56,763 bases of DNA from Alphaproteobacteria bacterium. GTDB taxonomy: Bacteria > Pseudomonadota > Alphaproteobacteria > ATCC43930 > CGMCC-115725. The notes beneath the pieces are model-generated. The model was not told where the DNA came from. It searched no databases and saw nothing but the letters and a program-made list of their open reading frames with translations. Below, piece by piece: positions 20,760 to 31,230 of the stretch. Location: contig JAJPIH010000110.1 of NCBI GenBank assembly GCA_021324875.1, positions 1 through 56,763 on the forward strand, given 5' to 3'. Positions within the stretch are counted from its first letter, which is position 1; each line of letters begins with the position of its first letter. A program made the position numbers and the translations under genes.

Positions 20760-20815
20760 TCAATATCAATCGCTTAGAGGCTCGCCGCGGGCCGGCGCTG
20801 CCGATCTCCTCGGGC

Positions 20816-23800
20816 TCAATCGTTCGAACCGGAAGCCGGCGGTAGATAGCGACCGGCCGGCACCACGGCATGGTCGCGCGGGATGACGCCGACAGCCCGC
20901 CGACCGCCAAGCCAGCCGCTCAATTTTTCCATGTAGACATAAGTCACCGGGATCGTGAACAGCGTCAGCAGCTGCGACACGACCAACCCGCCGACCACCG
21001 CGACCCCCAGCGGCTGGCGCAGTTCGGCTCCGGCGCCGATCCCCAGGGCGATCGGCAGGATGCCGAAAATCGCTGCCATCGTGGTCATCATGATCGGGCG
21101 AAAGCGCAATGTCGCCGCCTCGAGAATGGCCTCCTCGGGCGATTTCAGGTCGTGCCGGCGTCGCTCGATGGCAAAGTCGATCAGCATGATCGCGTTCTTT
21201 TTGACAATGCCGATCAACATGATCAGCCCGATGATCGCGATCACGCTCAGGTCAAAGCCGAAGATGTCGAGGGCCAACAGCGCCCCGACGCTGGCCGGCG
21301 GCAAGCTCATCAGGATCGTAATCGGGTGGATGAAACTCTCATAAAGAATGCCCAACACGACATAGACCGCGAAAATCGCCGCCGCGATCAGCAATGGTTG
21401 CGAGGCGAGCGACTGCTGGAATGCCTGTGCCGTGCCCTGGAACGAGGTCTCGACGGTTTTGGGCAGGCCCATTGCCGCAACCGCGCGGTCGATGCGATCG
21501 ATCGCCTGACCGAGCGAGGTGCCGGGGGCCAGGTTGAAGGACAGGGTCACCGCCGGAAACTGGCCCTCGTGGTTCACCGACACCGCGGTCGAGGCCGGGA
21601 CGAGCCGCGCAAATTGGCTCAGCGGAACGAGACCGCCCGACCCGTGTACGTAGATCCGGGACAGCGCGTCGCTGTCCTGCTGGTAGGCCGGCTCGACCTC
21701 GAGCACGACATGATAGGTGTTTAGCTGGCCATAGATTTCGGTGATGTAACGCTGGCCAAACGCGTCATAAAGCGTGTTCTCGATGAGGTTGGGGTTGACC
21801 CCGAGCCGTGCTGCGAGATCACGGTCGATCTCGACCTTCAGTTGCGGGCTCGCCAGCTGCAAGTCGCTGGCGACATCTTCAAGACCGGGGATGGTCTTGA
21901 GCCGGGCTTCGACCCTGGGCGCCCAGCGCTGCAATTCGTCAAGGTCGACATCCTGTAAAGTATATTGGTATTGGGTTTGGGTCAGGCGCGCGCCGATCCG
22001 GATCGTCGGCAGCGGTTGCAAAAACGTGCGGATCCCCGGGATCTGCCTGAGTTTTGGCCGCAACCGCTCGATGATCTGCTGTTCGCTTGCACGGCGCTGG
22101 TTCCGCGGTTTGAGGCTGATAAACAGGCGGCCGGTGTTAAGGCCCGAGCTGGCGCCGCCGCCGATTGCCGAACCAACCGTCATGACGTCGGGATCCTCGA
22201 GGATGACGGCGGCCGCGCGCTGCTGGAGATCGGCCATGCCGATGAATGACACGTCGGGCGAAGCCTGGGTGAAGCCAAAGATGATGCCGGTGTCCTCGTC
22301 GGGGATGAAGCCTTTGGGGATCGCGACGAGCAGCCATCCGGTCGCTGCGATCAGCGCGAGGTTCAACAGCATCGTCTTCAATCGCCACACCAGGACCCTC
22401 TCCAGCAGCCGGCGATAGAGGCGCGCCGATGCGGCGAACGCCCGCTCGCTCCACCGGTAGACCGGTCGATGTCGGGCCCTGTCCGGGGGTCTCAAAAACA
22501 ACGATGCCATCATCGGCGACAGGGTCAGCGCCACCAGCGCCGACAACATGATCGCCGCCGACACGGTGACCCCGAACTCCCGGAACAAGCGGCCGATCAC
22601 GCCACCCATGGACAGGACCGGAATGAAGACCGCGATCAGCGAAACGGTAATCGAGACGATCGTGAAACCGATCTCGCCGGCGCCCTTGAGCGCCGCGGCG
22701 AGCGGATCAAGGCCTGCTTCGAGATGGCGGTAGATATTCTCCAGCATCACGATCGCGTCATCGACAACGAGACCGACCGCGAGCGTCAAACCCATCAGCG
22801 ACAGATTGTCGAGGCTGTCACCGACGAGATAGAGGACGCGAAAGGTTCCAACCAGCGACAGCGGAACGGTGACGCTCGGGATCACCGTCGCCCAGAAACT
22901 GCGCAGAAACACAAAAATGACGAGAACAACGAGAACGACGGTAAACAGCAGCGTCAGTTGGACGTCGGTGAAACTGGCGCTGATCGACAGCGAGCGGTCG
23001 CTGACCACGGTCAGTTTGATCGCCGGCGGCAGCCCTGCTTCAAGCGCCGGCAGCGCCTTTTTGACGCCGTCGACCACCTTGAGGGTGTTCGATCCTTCCT
23101 GGCGCCAGATGCCGATCATCTCGCCGAGGTGATTGTTGACCCAGTCGAGCTGCAGCGGCACGTCGGAGCCGTCGACGACACGTCCGATATCGCCGATGCG
23201 CACCGGGGCGCCGTCGCGGTAGGCGATGATGACGCGATCGAGCGCCTGCGGTTGAAACAGCTGGCCGTTGGCGCCGATCTGGTAGGCCTGTTGCGGACCT
23301 TGCAAGGTGCCTAACGCCTGCTCGACGGTATTGTTGGTGATCGCCGTGGCGACATCGTCGAGGCCGAGGCCGCGCGCCGCCAGCGCTGTCGGGTTGACCT
23401 GAACGGTGGGGGCATATTTCTGTTCGCCGAAGATCACGACCTGCCCCACCCCGGGCAGCAGCGAGAGCCGCTGGGCGAGGTGGAGGTCGGCGTATTGATC
23501 GAGCTCGTGGAGCGGCATCACCGCCGAGGTCAGACCCAAAATGAACACCGGGACCTCGGCGGGATTGATCTTTTTGTAGGTCGGCGGATTGGGCAGGTCC
23601 TTCGGCAGCAATCCGCTGGCGGCATTGATCGCCGCCTGCACGTCGGACGCGGCGCCGTCGATGTTGCGGCCGAGATCGAACTGCAAGGTGATGACGCTCG
23701 TGCCTTCGATGTTGGTCGAGGTGATCTCGGTAATCCCCGGTAGCGTCGCAAACTCGCGTTCGAGCGGCTGCGCCACCGACGCCGCCATCGTTTCGGGGCT

Positions 23801-23962
23801 GGCGCCGGGCAGGTTTGCGGTGACGCTGATCGTCGGAAATTCGACCGTCGGCAGCGCTGCCACCGGCAGCAGGCCGTAGCCGATAACGCCGCCGACAAGC
23901 AGTGCCGCCATCAACAGCGCGGTGGCGATCGGGCGGCGAATAAAGGGTTCGGAGACGCTCAC
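20816..23962 (-). CDS. RND multidrug efflux transporter permease (AcrB/MdtB/MdtC family)
   Basis: 1048 aa. N-terminus FIRRPIAT..LM and a 12-TM architecture with two large periplasmic loops. The GTG start overlaps the MFP stop (GTGA). Confidence 0.95.
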   Translation of the reverse strand: MSVSEPFIRRPIATALLMAALLVGGVIGYGLLPVAALPTVEFPTISVTANLPGASPETMAASVAQPLEREFATLPGITEITSTNIEGTSVITLQFDLGRNIDGAASDVQAAINAASGLLPKDLPNPPTYKKINPAEVPVFILGLTSAVMPLHELDQYADLHLAQRLSLLPGVGQVVIFGEQKYAPTVQVNPTALAARGLGLDDVATAITNNTVEQALGTLQGPQQAYQIGANGQLFQPQALDRVIIAYRDGAPVRIGDIGRVVDGSDVPLQLDWVNNHLGEMIGIWRQEGSNTLKVVDGVKKALPALEAGLPPAIKLTVVSDRSLSISASFTDVQLTLLFTVVLVVLVIFVFLRSFWATVIPSVTVPLSLVGTFRVLYLVGDSLDNLSLMGLTLAVGLVVDDAIVMLENIYRHLEAGLDPLAAALKGAGEIGFTIVSITVSLIAVFIPVLSMGGVIGRLFREFGVTVSAAIMLSALVALTLSPMMASLFLRPPDRARHRPVYRWSERAFAASARLYRRLLERVLVWRLKTMLLNLALIAATGWLLVAIPKGFIPDEDTGIIFGFTQASPDVSFIGMADLQQRAAAVILEDPDVMTVGSAIGGGASSGLNTGRLFISLKPRNQRRASEQQIIERLRPKLRQIPGIRTFLQPLPTIRIGARLTQTQYQYTLQDVDLDELQRWAPRVEARLKTIPGLEDVASDLQLASPQLKVEIDRDLAARLGVNPNLIENTLYDAFGQRYITEIYGQLNTYHVVLEVEPAYQQDSDALSRIYVHGSGGLVPLSQFARLVPASTAVSVNHEGQFPAVTLSFNLAPGTSLGQAIDRIDRAVAAMGLPKTVETSFQGTAQAFQQSLASQPLLIAAAIFAVYVVLGILYESFIHPITILMSLPPASVGALLALDIFGFDLSVIAIIGLIMLIGIVKKNAIMLIDFAIERRRHDLKSPEEAILEAATLRFRPIMMTTMAAIFGILPIALGIGAGAELRQPLGVAVVGGLVVSQLLTLFTIPVTYVYMEKLSGWLGGRRAVGVIPRDHAVVPAGRYLPPASGSND

Positions 23963-25200
23963 CGCGGCGTCACCCCGGTAATCCCGGCCACGGTGTTGAT
24001 GCCGGTGCTGCCCACGCCCTCCGGGCCGATCTCGGGTTCACGCGCGATCATTGCGCCGGGCGCGCTGGGCTGGACGGCAACCCGCATCCCCGGCGCCAGA
24101 TCGATCTGGCCCGAGAGCACCACCCTGTCGCCGGCTTTGAGGCCGGCGCCGATCAGCGCGGTGCGGTTCTCGACCGCGACGACTTTGACCGGCTGCACCC
24201 GCACCGTGGAATTCGGCGCGATCACATAAGCGAACGGACCCGTCGGTCCCATCGACACCGCGGCAACCGGAACCGTGACACCATTCTTGACGGTTTTGAG
24301 GATCAGATGGGCGTTGACGAACTGACCCGGCCACAGGGCGGCATCGCGGTTGGCGAATTCGGCTCTCAGCGTCACCGTGCCGGTTGCCTGGTCGACGCTG
24401 TTGTTGATGACCTTAAGCAGACCCGAAGCGAGCTGGCGGTCGTCGCTGCTGTTGAAGGCGAGCACCGTCACCGGACCCCGGGCCATGGCTCGGCGAACCC
24501 GATCGAGATCGCGCTCCGGGATCGTGAAGGTGTCAAAAATGGGCTTGATCTGCGTGATGGTGACGAGTGGCGTCGCGGCGTTGGCCTGCACCAGATTGCC
24601 GATATCGACGAGCCTGAGGCCGGTAACGCCGTCGATCGGTGAGGTGATCGAGCAGTAGGCGAGGTTGAGCTGGGCGGCGTCGATCGCCGCTTGATCAGCC
24701 TCGACCGCCGCGGCAAGCTGCGCGACGAGGGCCTTTTGGGTGTCGTATTGCTGGCGTGACACAGCGAGGTTGGTGTTGACCAGGGCGGCATCGCGCGCCA
24801 GATCGCGCCGTGCGTTTTCGAGATTGGCCGCATCCTTGGCTTTGGTGGCCTCGGCCTGTTCCAGCTGCGCCTGATAGGGACGGGGATCGATTTCGACGAG
24901 AAGCTCACCTTTGTGGACAGGCTGGCCTTCGTCGTAGGCAACCTTGACGATATTGCCATCGACGCGGCTCTTGACCGTGACGGTGCTGAAGGCTTGCGCC
25001 GAGCCGATGCCGCGGATCACGATCGGAAAAGGCCGGGTCTCGGCCCTGCCGGCGAGCACCGAAATCGGCGGGCGCGCGCCGTCACGCGGGGCCTCCGCGG
25101 CGGCGGCACCGTGCGCAGAACCGCGGATGAGCCACCAGACCCCCGATGCGCTCGCCAACAGGAATGCCGCAACGGCCAGCAACGCGACGGTACGTCTCAT
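23959..25200 (-). CDS. RND efflux periplasmic adaptor (membrane fusion protein)
   Basis: Signal/anchor MRRTVALLAVAAFLLASA, a coiled-coil hairpin (QAQLEQAEA..NLENARRDL) and a beta-barrel C-terminus. Start at ATG 25200. Confidence 0.9.
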   Translation of the reverse strand: MRRTVALLAVAAFLLASASGVWWLIRGSAHGAAAAEAPRDGARPPISVLAGRAETRPFPIVIRGIGSAQAFSTVTVKSRVDGNIVKVAYDEGQPVHKGELLVEIDPRPYQAQLEQAEATKAKDAANLENARRDLARDAALVNTNLAVSRQQYDTQKALVAQLAAAVEADQAAIDAAQLNLAYCSITSPIDGVTGLRLVDIGNLVQANAATPLVTITQIKPIFDTFTIPERDLDRVRRAMARGPVTVLAFNSSDDRQLASGLLKVINNSVDQATGTVTLRAEFANRDAALWPGQFVNAHLILKTVKNGVTVPVAAVSMGPTGPFAYVIAPNSTVRVQPVKVVAVENRTALIGAGLKAGDRVVLSGQIDLAPGMRVAVQPSAPGAMIAREPEIGPEGVGSTGINTVAGITGVTPR

Positions 25201-25906
25201 CCCTTCGCCGGGCGTTCGAGTACAGCACGTTAACGGCGCCGGGTTTTGCAAGTTCGCGTTGGAGCCGCCAGCAAACCGGCCGGGTTCTCGCGGGTTTGAT
25301 CGCTCGCTGCCGCCGTGCCGCTGCCCCTTATACGAGGCGCCGGCCAAGGCCATCTCCGCGGCCGGGAGCGGGCGCCAAAGGCCGCGTCTTAACTTTTCCA
25401 GCCAAATGTGATCCGCTTCACACCGCTCAGCTCAGGGGCTGCGGTTAACTTAAGCGGCAGAGGGACAGCTTTAGGCGTTGAGCGATGTCAATCGGTGTCG
25501 GCGGATGGCGTGCCCCACACGCCTCGGTTTGCCGGAGGGTTAAGAACCGTGGTTTGGCGACCCGTGACCTCGGCATAGAACGGATCGGGAATTTGTTTAC
25601 AAATCACCTCGCGGTTCCGCCGGCCGTTTCCCCCGTTTGCGCGATCCATCCGCCGGCAGGGATGCGCTGCAAACAAGATGCGAGACAATTGTGCAGACGA
25701 CCCAAGCAACCCTCGGCGTGGCGAGGGCGGCGTCGATCTCCTACCTTGTCCTGTCAGACGGTGTCGGCCGTCTCCCCGGTGACGATCCTGTGATGCGAGA
25801 GGCGGTGTGATGGCCATGCGTGAATAACGATATGTTAACTCCCTGAGGTAATCATTAACCACGACACCGCTGGTCGCGGTTGCCCCTGATCCCCCCGGAG
25901 GCTCTT

Positions 25907-26656
25907 ATGCGCGTGCTTCTTGTCGAGGATGACACAGCTACATCCGCCAGCATCAAAATGATGCTGAGGAAGGAGAACTTTATTTGTGACACAACCGACC
26001 TCGGCGAGGACGGGCTGGAGATCGGCAAGCTCTACGATTACGACATCATCTTGCTCGATCTGATGCTGCCCGACATCGATGGCTATGAGGTGTTGCGGCG
26101 GCTGCGCGCCGCCCGGGTCAATACGCCGATCCTGATCTTGTCGGGTCTTGGCGAGCTTGACCACAAACTGAAGGGGCTGGGTTTCGGCGCCGACGACTTT
26201 CTGACCAAACCCTTCGACCGGCGCGAATTGGTGGCCCGCATCAATGCGATTGTCCGGCGCTCAAAGGGCCATGCCGACTCGGTGATCCGCACCGGCAAGC
26301 TGGTCGTCAATCTGGATGCCCGTACCGTCGAAGTCGAGGGCCGGCCCTTGCACTTGACTGGCAAGGAATACGGTATTCTTGAGCTGCTGAGCCTGCGCAA
26401 GGGCACCACGCTGACCAAGGAGATGTTCCTCAATCATCTTTATGGCGGCATGGACGAGCCGGAGTTGAAAATCATCGACGTCTTTGTCTGTAAACTGCGC
26501 AAGAAGTTGGCGCTGGCGACCGGTGGCAAGCACTATATCGAAACGGTGTGGGGCCGCGGTTACGTGCTCCGCGATCCGCCGGAGTTGCCGATCGCGGCTG
26601 CGCCGGCCTTTGCCGCCGATGGCCACGAGCCGCGCCCCGGCAGCGCCGCCGCCTAG
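25907..26656 (+). CDS. ctrA: cell-cycle response regulator CtrA (OmpR family)
   Basis: Near-colinear match to my recollection of Caulobacter CtrA ([63 protein letters not shown]). GGAGG SD. Confidence 0.93.
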   Translation: MRVLLVEDDTATSASIKMMLRKENFICDTTDLGEDGLEIGKLYDYDIILLDLMLPDIDGYEVLRRLRAARVNTPILILSGLGELDHKLKGLGFGADDFLTKPFDRRELVARINAIVRRSKGHADSVIRTGKLVVNLDARTVEVEGRPLHLTGKEYGILELLSLRKGTTLTKEMFLNHLYGGMDEPELKIIDVFVCKLRKKLALATGGKHYIETVWGRGYVLRDPPELPIAAAPAFAADGHEPRPGSAAA

Positions 26657-27267
26657 TCTTTCGCGCGCGCCGCGGTGATCGTGAGGCGCCGTGGCGGGTT
26701 GTTCTCGGCGATCAGCCGCGCACCATAGCTGCGGGCCAACAAGGCGGTGAAATAGCCCTGCACGGTCCGCGGCGTCAGCGCGGCCATCGGCAGGCTTAGG
26801 CTCAGCGCTGCCAGCTGCTCGGGATCCGCGGCGATCCCCTCGCCGGTCGCCTCCAACCGCAGCCCTGCGGCGACGACGTCGATCGCCAGCGATCCGCTGC
26901 GGGGCAACATTTCGGCCCCGAGGGCAAGCAGATTGCAGCCGAGTTGTTGTTCGCGCAAAGGCCGGGCGCGGGCGGTCTCGCCGTAGCGGCAGGAAAGACG
27001 CGAATTTGCAAAAAAATCGGCGGCAAGCTGGTAGGGCGGCGGACCTGCAGCACCGCCCTCGTCAACAAATCCGTATATGAAGCGGTAGAATTGCAACCGC
27101 CGCCCGGTCCGTTGCGCGCTTTCCCTCAGCAGCGCCAAGGCGTCCGGATCGGTGCCGATATCGGCGTCGCCGATAATTTCGGCGCCATTGATGACCGCGG
27201 TAACCGGACCGACCAGCTCGTGGCAGAGTCGTGCCGCGAGCAGCTGCGAGAGCCGGATATCCGCCAT
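26653..27267 (-). CDS. chpT: histidine phosphotransferase ChpT
   Basis: [24 protein letters not shown] matches the ChpT H-box region. Its 3' end overlaps the 3' end of ctrA by 4 nt (convergent). Start is ATG 27267 or 27273. Confidence 0.78.
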   Translation of the reverse strand: MADIRLSQLLAARLCHELVGPVTAVINGAEIIGDADIGTDPDALALLRESAQRTGRRLQFYRFIYGFVDEGGAAGPPPYQLAADFFANSRLSCRYGETARARPLREQQLGCNLLALGAEMLPRSGSLAIDVVAAGLRLEATGEGIAADPEQLAALSLSLPMAALTPRTVQGYFTALLARSYGARLIAENNPPRRLTITAARAKD

Positions 27268-27466
27268 AAACATGGTTAAGATTATCGCGCAAATTGCGCC
27301 CGCGCGAAACCAAAACCGCAACGTGGTGAACCGACAGCGCCGATAGCACCAGCAATATAAGACCGGCGCCGCCCGGAGGCTTGGTCAACCGCGCAGATCT
27401 CCTGGGGCACACGGCACAACGCACCGCCATTCCCGCGGGCGGCAAGCGATCGGAGGTTGGCGGCGC

Positions 27467-27499
27467 AGAAAATTGATTGGCGCGAAACGCGCCGATCAA
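27467..27499 (-). terminator. Rho-independent terminator downstream of tRNA-Cys
   Basis: On the minus strand, a 12-bp stem (TTGATCGGCGCG / CGCGCCAATCAA, one mismatch) with a 3-nt loop is followed directly by TTTTCT. It lies 26 nt after the tRNA 3' end. Confidence 0.65.
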
Positions 27500-27525
27500 T
27501 GGCGCTGGCCAAGGTTGCGGCCGCC

Positions 27526-27599
27526 TGGAGGCCGGAAGCGGAATCGAACCGCTGTACGAGGATTTGCAGTCCTCTGCATCACCACTCTGCCATCCGGCC
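27526..27599 (-). tRNA. tRNA-Cys (anticodon GCA), CCA encoded
   Basis: Folded by hand. Acceptor GGCCGGA/TCCGGCC, discriminator U, anticodon stem GAGGA/TCCTC with loop CTGCAAA, T arm AGCGG-TTCGATT-CCGCT. Confidence 0.9.
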
Positions 27600-27822
27600 G
27601 GCCCCGCGTCATATAGGCGCGCGCTCTGGTCACGGTCAAGCCGCCGCCCGGGCCTTTGTCAGCGTGGCTTGCCCATGGGGTGAGAGGCGGGCGATTTGTC
27701 GATCGGCGGTGCCAACCCGGATCATGGTCCCAGCAGACGGAAGCACGATCGATCGGCGCGCGGCAACCGCCGGTCGCCGCGCCCGGCCGGCCCCGCTCGA
27801 CGGGTCAGCCCCGATGGGCGGT

Positions 27823-29250
27823 TTACGCGCTTGAACGCTCGCGATAGCGGTCGTGCTTTGTCCGCAGGCCATTGGCCTTGGCATATATTGCTTGATTTGT
27901 CTCAACGTTATAGTAAAGGCTTCGGACATGTTGCTCGTATTGCGGCCGGGCTACAAGGCGTGCCGCCAATTCAAGATGATTCCCGATATCGAAATATTCG
28001 ATCATGTCTTGGTGATATTTTGCGAACTGCAGAAAGGTGTGGGTACGCGAGGCGATCACCCGACAACCCAGCTCCAGCGCCTGTGAAATCGGCCCGGAGG
28101 CGGATTGGCCAACTTCCAAATAGGGAAAGACGACGGTATCGCAAATGGCCATGCCGGCGAGGAAATCCTCGTCGCTGGTGGCGCCAAGAAAATGGATCCG
28201 CCGCGACAAATCTTTTGGATGCTCGATCAACAAATCGCGTGTCGAGCCGTCGACCGCGACCGAAACCGTCGGCGTTCCCGGGGCGGGAATGGCGCGGATC
28301 CGCTCGGCGACGTTGGTGTCGACAAAGCCGGCCTCGAACAGCGCCGCGACGGTCGGGTCGATCGGTTGGTGCGCCTTGATCTCGTTTGGATGAACGCCGC
28401 CAAAAATCAGCAAATGATGGTCGGGCGGGATGTGGTGAAGAGCTCGGATGACGGTCTCGAAGCCTTTGTAACGTCCAAAAAAGCCGAATACGCCGATAAG
28501 CTTGGCCTCGGTCGGCAGCGCGTCGAGCAGGGGGAAGCGCCGCCGACTGGCGTTGCGTCTGATTTCGACGACCTCGGCGGCATTCAGAAACGATAAGGGA
28601 TGATCGTAAACCCGACGCAGACCGTGCACATATTTCATGTGCCAAGCGTCGCGACGGGTATGGACAATAATTGTCACCGGCTTGACGCGCTGGGCCCGCC
28701 GCAGACGCTTTGCAATCCCCACGGAAAGCACATGGCTGCGGCGAAAGTCGCGGCGCAGGCGCGCCGCCTCGGCGAGATTGAGACGCACGAGCGCCTGTAG
28801 CCATCGCGCATAATCAAAACTGGGCGTGTCGAATACGGTGTGAAAGGTCACCGACAACCTTGGCGCGGCGCGCACGATCCAGCCAAAGCGGCGATAGATG
28901 TCGCCGACGGAACGGCCGAGCGTGCCGTATTCGAGCTGTAGATTGACCGCATCGAAGTCCTTGAGCTCGCGGCAGATCTCGTGAATGTGACGATCGCCGA
29001 ATTTGCGCACCCGAGAATGGGTGTTGCGCAACAGGTATTGGTTGAGATCGAAAACATGGATTTCGAACAGCTCCGAGAGCTGCTTTTCGAGGCTGCGCGT
29101 ATAGCTGGCAATACCGCACAGCTCGCTGTAGCTCGAAATCAGCGCCAGCCGTGGGCGTTCGGCAAACAGCGCGGCGCGTCGGCGCGCGGTGCCGATCCCG
29201 GTCTCGTGACGCAGCAATGGCCGGGAGGTTTCGAACTCGACGCTCGCCAT
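27823..29250 (-). CDS. glycosyltransferase (GT-B, GT4-like C-terminal domain)
   Basis: 476 aa. The C-terminal motif FPYLEVGQSASGPISQALELGCRVIAS is an EX7E-type region. The gene is visibly AT-richer than its neighbours. It lies directly downstream of kpsE. Confidence 0.65.
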   Translation of the reverse strand: MASVEFETSRPLLRHETGIGTARRRAALFAERPRLALISSYSELCGIASYTRSLEKQLSELFEIHVFDLNQYLLRNTHSRVRKFGDRHIHEICRELKDFDAVNLQLEYGTLGRSVGDIYRRFGWIVRAAPRLSVTFHTVFDTPSFDYARWLQALVRLNLAEAARLRRDFRRSHVLSVGIAKRLRRAQRVKPVTIIVHTRRDAWHMKYVHGLRRVYDHPLSFLNAAEVVEIRRNASRRRFPLLDALPTEAKLIGVFGFFGRYKGFETVIRALHHIPPDHHLLIFGGVHPNEIKAHQPIDPTVAALFEAGFVDTNVAERIRAIPAPGTPTVSVAVDGSTRDLLIEHPKDLSRRIHFLGATSDEDFLAGMAICDTVVFPYLEVGQSASGPISQALELGCRVIASRTHTFLQFAKYHQDMIEYFDIGNHLELAARLVARPQYEQHVRSLYYNVETNQAIYAKANGLRTKHDRYRERSSA

Positions 29251-29298
29251 GGTCGATTCCCCCGTGATCTCGCCCCCGGTGCGGCGACAAATCATTGC

Positions 29299-30558
29299 CT
29301 ACAAATGATCCCTGATCGACCGGACCATCAGGTTGCCGATCGCCCACACCACAAACGCGGCCGCAAAGACGATCCCGAGCGATCGCCAGCGGCGCGGATA
29401 GCGCGCCGCTTCCGGCCTGCTCGGCGGGATGAAATCGGCGAGATAGACCTGTTGGCGGTCGGCGTTGGCGCGGGCCCGGTCGAGCGCGGCGAGCGCATGT
29501 TGATAGGCGGTCTCGGCGAACTGGCGCTCGCTTTCCAGCTCTTCATAAGAGCTGAGCATCCGCGATAGGGCTTCATTCCGGGTCGTCGGGTTAACCGTGG
29601 CTTCGCCTTCGAGCGCGGTTTGCTGGGCCTTCAGTGACTGAAGGCGGGCTTCGAGCAGTTTGAGCGCCGGCGCGTCGGCGGCCAGATATTGTTGCAGCGT
29701 GGCAAGCGTCGTGGCGGTGCGCACGATTTCGTCGCGCACCCGCCCGCTCAGTGCAGCGTTCGCATCGGCCGATTTGTGCGGGTCGATCAGGCCTGCGCGG
29801 TCGCGATAGTCGCGCAGCCGCGCCAATGCCCGGCGCAGCCGCGCTTCCGCCGCGGCAACATCCCCCTCGGCGTTGCGCAGCGCGTCGTGGCGGGCGCGCA
29901 GGGAGAGGTCGTTGACGAGCTGTTCGGCGGCGGCGAGCACCGCCCGCGCCAGTTCGAGCGCGTCATCGGCGGAAAAGGCGCGCACACGCACGCGGATCGT
30001 GCCATTGGTCGGGTCGAAGAAGGCCTCGACCTGGCCGCGCCAGTACTCGATCAGGTCTTCGGCGCTCGCCGGCAGATGCAATCGCGCCGGCCAGTCCGCC
30101 GCCGGGGTTGCGAACATCCGGCGCAGGTCGATCGTTTTGTTGAGCGTATCGACGATCGCGCGGCTGTCGATGTATTGGGCGACGGCGTAGGAATCAAGCC
30201 CGACCTGGAGCGGGGTCGCACCGGGGATCAGCCCGACGCCGCCATCGGCGCGGGCGGGTTGCGCCGAACGAACGCCAAACCGGAATGCCACGACGTATTG
30301 GTCGGCGGCAATGCCCAGGTAATAAATCGCGGCGAGCGCCACCGGCACGACGACCACGAGCAGAAAGGACAGCAGCGTGGGTGACGGCAAAACCCGCCGG
30401 CGCCGCACCGCCGCCTCGCGCGGCACGGGGGGGCCGAGGCCGGGGCGGAGAAGGGCGGCCGGAACGCCGGCCGCATCGCTGCGGACCACCGCGGACGCCG
30501 TCGTGACCCGCTCGTCCACCGCCGCCGCTGGCCGCTCGGCCGAGGTGATCGCGGACAT
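29299..30558 (-). CDS. kpsE: capsule polysaccharide export inner-membrane protein KpsE (PCP-3 family)
   Basis: N-terminal TM helix (LLSFLLVVVVPVALAAIYY), a long coiled-coil periplasmic region and a C-terminal TM helix (LGIVFAAAFVVWAIGNL). ATG 30558 overlaps the kpsT stop (ATGA). Confidence 0.85.
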   Translation of the reverse strand: MSAITSAERPAAAVDERVTTASAVVRSDAAGVPAALLRPGLGPPVPREAAVRRRRVLPSPTLLSFLLVVVVPVALAAIYYLGIAADQYVVAFRFGVRSAQPARADGGVGLIPGATPLQVGLDSYAVAQYIDSRAIVDTLNKTIDLRRMFATPAADWPARLHLPASAEDLIEYWRGQVEAFFDPTNGTIRVRVRAFSADDALELARAVLAAAEQLVNDLSLRARHDALRNAEGDVAAAEARLRRALARLRDYRDRAGLIDPHKSADANAALSGRVRDEIVRTATTLATLQQYLAADAPALKLLEARLQSLKAQQTALEGEATVNPTTRNEALSRMLSSYEELESERQFAETAYQHALAALDRARANADRQQVYLADFIPPSRPEAARYPRRWRSLGIVFAAAFVVWAIGNLMVRSIRDHL

Positions 30559-31220
30559 CAGCCGGCTTCCTGCAGCATGCGGTGATGCCGCCCGAGTGCG
30601 GCGCTGACATCGTCGTACAGCGACAATGCGCCGCCGGCGAGGAGCGCGGCGCGGTCGCAATATTGGCGCAACGTCTGCGGATTGTGGCTGGCCAGGATGA
30701 TGTCGGCGGTGGCCATGCGGGCGCGAAACGCGGCTGCGCATTTCCGGCGGAAATGCTGATCGCCGACTTCGGTGACCTCGTCGATCAAATAAATGTCGAA
30801 CTCGATCGCCAAACAGGCGGCAAATGCCAATCGCGCGCGCATGCCGGCCGAATAGGTGTTGACCGGCATGGTGAAATAATCGCCGAGCTCAGCGAAGTCC
30901 GCGACAAAATCGAGTGTGGCGCGCACCGGGGCGCCGTAAATCCGGGCAAGAAAGGCGGCATTTTCACGCCCCGACAGCGCGCCATGGAAAGTCCCGCCAA
31001 AACCGAGGGGGAACGACACCCGTCCGCGGCGGCGGATTGTTCCGCGATCGGGCAGTTCGGAGCCGGCCAAAAGCCGGATCAGGGTCGATTTGCCGGCGCC
31101 GTTGCCACCGAGGATCCCGTAATTGTGTCCCGCCTCAAAGGTCGCGCTGGCGTTGTCGAGGATAATCCGCCGCCCGCCGGTGGCGCGATACGCCTTGCTG
31201 ACCCGGTCGAGCACGATCAT
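30558..31220 (-). CDS. kpsT: capsule polysaccharide ABC exporter ATP-binding protein KpsT
   Basis: Walker A GGNGAGKST, signature YSAGMRARL and Walker B IYLIDE. Start is ATG 31220. TTG 31244 is an alternative but would overlap kpsM. Confidence 0.9.
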   Translation of the reverse strand: MIVLDRVSKAYRATGGRRIILDNASATFEAGHNYGILGGNGAGKSTLIRLLAGSELPDRGTIRRRGRVSFPLGFGGTFHGALSGRENAAFLARIYGAPVRATLDFVADFAELGDYFTMPVNTYSAGMRARLAFAACLAIEFDIYLIDEVTEVGDQHFRRKCAAAFRARMATADIILASHNPQTLRQYCDRAALLAGGALSLYDDVSAALGRHHRMLQEAG

Positions 31221-31230
31221 CGGCGCGCCG

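Noticed and set aside
20554-20815. A mobile element or integration scar next to tRNA-Glu, and likewise next to tRNA-Cys at 27600-27822
   Set aside because: I found no integrase, no transposase, no duplicated tRNA 3' segment and no inverted repeats in either flank.
25354-25906. Canonical CtrA boxes (TTAA-N7-TTAA) or GANTC methylation sites in the ctrA upstream region
   Set aside because: Only isolated TTAAC half-sites with non-canonical spacing were seen, and I found no GANTC by eye. They are reported only as a low-interest observation.
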